The translations under genes and the position numbers were made by a program. Positions 61,068 to 64,000 of a DNA stretch of 64,000 nt are shown in pieces. The stretch is from Neodothiora populina (lineage: Eukaryota), in the NCBI RefSeq assembly GCF_041146345.1, contig NW_027191414.1:930001-994000 (forward strand). Reading direction: 5' to 3'. Positions within the stretch are counted from its first letter, which is position 1, and each line of letters starts with the position of its first letter. A model generated the notes under the pieces. That model was not told the DNA's origin. It saw only the letters and a program-made list of their open reading frames with translations, and ran no database searches.

Positions 61068-62012
61068 CTAAACACGCCCATTGTGCCCAGTGACCGGCAG
61101 GCCCCGTTCGAGCAGCTCCTGCTCAATCAACTTCCACCTTCCGACCGTCCTTTCCTTGTCGATAGGCGTCACTCTGCGAGCGTGGACCTTGACGTTTGGT
61201 AGTTCCACGAGCTGCTCAGCGCTCTGTAATGCAGTCGCTAACTTCTTAGGCTTGGGCTTGACGACGAGCACGCTGCGGATGTCCCTCAATGTTGCTGCGC
61301 TGTTGAGTGCGTAGTCTGATATTCTGAGTCCGTTTTGTTGCTGTAGAAGTTTGGCGAGCTGTGGCGACAGGATTAGTGACTAGTATCCTGTGTGCACAAG
61401 AACAATGCATATACGTACCTGAAGCTTGACCTTGGGCTCGGTGAGTCGCTGTCCTAACCACTCCTTCTCGGGAGTCTGCTTGAGTCCCTTGAAGACCTGT
61501 CTGGCGATAGGGAAAAGTATCGCCTCGACATTGCTATCTTTTACTTTCGTGGACTTGGACATGGGTTTGTTCCAGCTACAACCATCGCATTAGCCACTGA
61601 AGCAATCACCACCCTCGCTCTTGATTCGTAATTACCCTGTGTACTCATCACCGGGATCATACTGATCTTCCACCCACGTATCGCTGCCGATCTGCTCCAG
61701 CTCATCCCAACTCGTAGCCTCGATGTAGTTTGGATCCTGATCCGGACTCTTCGCCCAGCCCTCGGGTAGGACCTCCTCCGGCTCCACTCGCTGTAACTCT
61801 GCCGATTCACTCTCGAGTTCAGCCAGGTCTGTCTCTTCCTCCTTTTTCTTGCCACGGAAACGATCGAAGAATCCTGCCCTATTTGTCGTCGACTGGATCT
61901 GTCGGCGCTGGAAGGTCGCGCCTTGGAGTCTGCATGATCGACAGATACGGTGCGTGGGTGCCGGTGTGACCAATTGGCCGAGTGAGCGCTCTAGACTTGC
62001 GGTGATGCGCAT
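61068..62012 (-). CDS. Mitochondrial large-subunit ribosomal protein mL50-like; introns 61576-61635 and 61359-61418
   Basis: Basic presequence; YIEATSWDELEQIG and LPNVKVHARRVTPIDKE..VGRWKLIEQELLERGLPVTG. Confidence 0.75.
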
Positions 62013-62516
62013 GATTGAATGTGTGTCGTCGACTTTTTTCCTGCTCCGGATATGGAACTTATCCCAGCTTTAGTGATATACAAATATGGACTGAGACCTC
62101 CGAACTTCTGATCGCTCGCCGCAACTCGAGGCGTCACGTGCAGTCTGATCATGCAGAAAGCCGCCAAGACGTTTCTCTGAATCATGACCCTATAATGCAT
62201 CATCCATACCTACCTTACTACTCCTACTGAACCTACGAGCTACCTTACCCTACCTGCCAGAACTTCAATATATTGCTAGTGGTCACTTAATCCAATGTCT
62301 TAATGTTGAGATCATCTCTGTGTCAACTCAGTACGTTACAGACATGATAAAACCAAAGACCAGTATTCATGGTCGAACCTCCCAAAACGCCAATCCGTAT
62401 TCCAGACACTGTGCCAATGGGGTGACTCAATCCCCCGAGTCCTCCTGTTAATCTTAGACCACCGAGAGCCTTCATTACTCGTAGTCGTACAAATCCCCCC
62501 GATGAGAAGACAAAAT

Positions 62517-63935
62517 CTAGTCGTGTCTGCCCCCACCCATTCTCTCAATGTTACTCATCATTTTGCTCTTACCAGCAGATGGTCTAGCTAGCCCTGAAGG
62601 TCCACCCTTGCCAATTCTGCTACCTGCGCCTGGAGCACCAAATGCTGGAACCGATGGTCGAGGAGCCGAAGGTCTCTGGATGCTCTTTCTGAAGTCTTCA
62701 ATAGCTGCAGGCGCGCCGTCTGTGGTCTGCAACAACAGCATTTCGTCGACCGCGGCAACGAGCTCGCCCTTCTCGATCCTTTCCTGCTCCAGCTCTTGAG
62801 AAAGTCTGGTGTGCTGGGATTGGACTTCTCTCATCTCCTCTGCGAGTCCAGCAAGCTGTGCCTTTTGTTCATTGATCAATGCCATCTGTTCATCCATGAT
62901 GGCGCGGCTGTCATCATGTGGTAGCACTCCAGAGAAGGTGTCGTCTTTCGCAACCTGCAACTCCTCGTTCTTGGTCATGAGGTCCTGGACTCTAGCCTGA
63001 AGCTCGGCGCATTTCTTCTCGCTACGCGCCTCGTATGACTTCTTGAGGGTAGCCACCTTGGTTTCGTGCTTCTTCTTATAGACAGCGTGCAGCTCGCGTG
63101 ACACAGCTTCTATCTTAGCATCGATACGAGCCTGTACCAATCGTTGCACTTCGTCTTCGTCAACACCGGCAACGGTGCCGTCGGCGTTTGGCACAGCGGC
63201 TCGAACGGATGCCAGCTGCGTCTCGAGATCCAAGATCCTGGCTTCTGCCTCGTCTGCGCGACGCCTGTCGTGGATTGCTTGGCTGGCCAGGTCGTCCTTC
63301 TCGGCTTCGCTACGCAGCACTTCCTCCTTCACGCTGTGCAACACCTTTTCTACCTCCTTGCCCCGCTTCTCCCACTCATCCTTCTCATTCTCTGCATACT
63401 CACGCTTACTCTTCTCGAATCGTGCTGCTTCGAGAGACTCGCCGACTCGGCGCTCTGCGTCAGCAATTGCCTTCTTCAGAGACTCGACTTCTGCCTCTCT
63501 GCCGGTCAAGGTAGCAGTCAGCGAAGAGATCTGCGATTGGTAGGTAGACTTCATGGACTCAAGCTCGCGCACGGAGATGCTAGGTATCGAGCGAGGCGTG
63601 GGAGCAGGTGGTAGTTCAAAATCAAGTAAGTTCATGAGGCTGTTTGTCTTCGCGGGCGTACTTTGCCTGCCGCTCCTTTTGGCTGGTGTTCGCTGGCTGT
63701 TCAAATATGACAGCAGATTGGGCTCGGTAGACGACTTCGTGGGCGAACGCTGGGTACCACGTTGGTGAGTATTGTTCGAGAAGCGCTCAATCTGCTGTGT
63801 GAAGTCGATGAGGAAGCTGTTGTTTGTCCTGTCCGTGGCCGGGGTCTTGAGACGGCGAGGCGTTGGAGATGGGGAGCGGTCCAAACTTGGCCTCTTCCTG
63901 GAAGGGCGTGGGGTAGCTTCGTCTACGGGTGTCTG
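62517..63935 (-). CDS. Fungal TACC/Slk19-Alp7-like coiled-coil kinetochore/spindle protein, last exon; intron ~63936-63999, 5' part outside window
   Basis: Long coiled coil with KIEAVSRELHAVYKKKHETKVATLKKSYEAR and EKGELVAAVDEML; GTATGT donor at 63999 and GCTAAT branch site. Confidence 0.75.
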   Translation of the reverse strand, partial: QTPVDEATPRPSRKRPSLDRSPSPTPRRLKTPATDRTNNSFLIDFTQQIERFSNNTHQRGTQRSPTKSSTEPNLLSYLNSQRTPAKRSGRQSTPAKTNSLMNLLDFELPPAPTPRSIPSISVRELESMKSTYQSQISSLTATLTGREAEVESLKKAIADAERRVGESLEAARFEKSKREYAENEKDEWEKRGKEVEKVLHSVKEEVLRSEAEKDDLASQAIHDRRRADEAEARILDLETQLASVRAAVPNADGTVAGVDEDEVQRLVQARIDAKIEAVSRELHAVYKKKHETKVATLKKSYEARSEKKCAELQARVQDLMTKNEELQVAKDDTFSGVLPHDDSRAIMDEQMALINEQKAQLAGLAEEMREVQSQHTRLSQELEQERIEKGELVAAVDEMLLLQTTDGAPAAIEDFRKSIQRPSAPRPSVPAFGAPGAGSRIGKGGPSGLARPSAGKSKMMSNIERMGGGRHD

Positions 63936-64000
63936 CTGCGACACATTAGCCCTTCTTCGATGAGAAGAATCAAATAGCAGCCCATGATTGTTGACATACC

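Noticed and set aside
1..64000. Transposons, CRISPR arrays or a secondary-metabolite cluster
   Set aside because: No transposase/RT ORFs or terminal repeats; repeats are simple satellites; the only NRPS-like gene is primary-metabolic LYS2

Overview
Eukaryotic, intron-containing fungal DNA (Pezizomycotina; the gene set and intron style look Dothideomycete-like, which is inference only). It is gene-dense core chromosome with about 26 protein-coding genes and 2 intron-containing tRNA genes, and no recognisable transposon. In order: secreted GH32 beta-fructofuranosidase, CUE3/ASCC2, RPS20 (uS10), white collar-1, a large probably mitochondrial helical protein, MRP4 (uS2m), HPC2, RBA50, a YMC-type mitochondrial carrier, RPN9, complex I 40-kDa subunit (NDUFA9), UBP8, tRNA-Ser(UGA), tRNA-Ile(AAU), several hypotheticals, a DUF3445 protein, a PIG-Y-domain protein, a ZRG17-like CDF transporter, HSM3, guanine deaminase, LYS2, an RBR E3 ligase, a BTB-like protein, mitochondrial mL50 and a fungal TACC protein (5' end outside the window). 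Exon/intron structures were derived by hand from GT/GC-AG signals and frame continuity. I found no clearly new system. The best leads are (i) CUE3, the ribosome-collision ubiquitin reader, lying head-to-head with its substrate RPS20, (ii) a uORF/5'-UTR-intron arrangement overlapping the wc-1 start codon, (iii) a ~200-aa acidic tail on uS2m, and (iv) a palindrome/hairpin cluster between HPC2 and RBA50.
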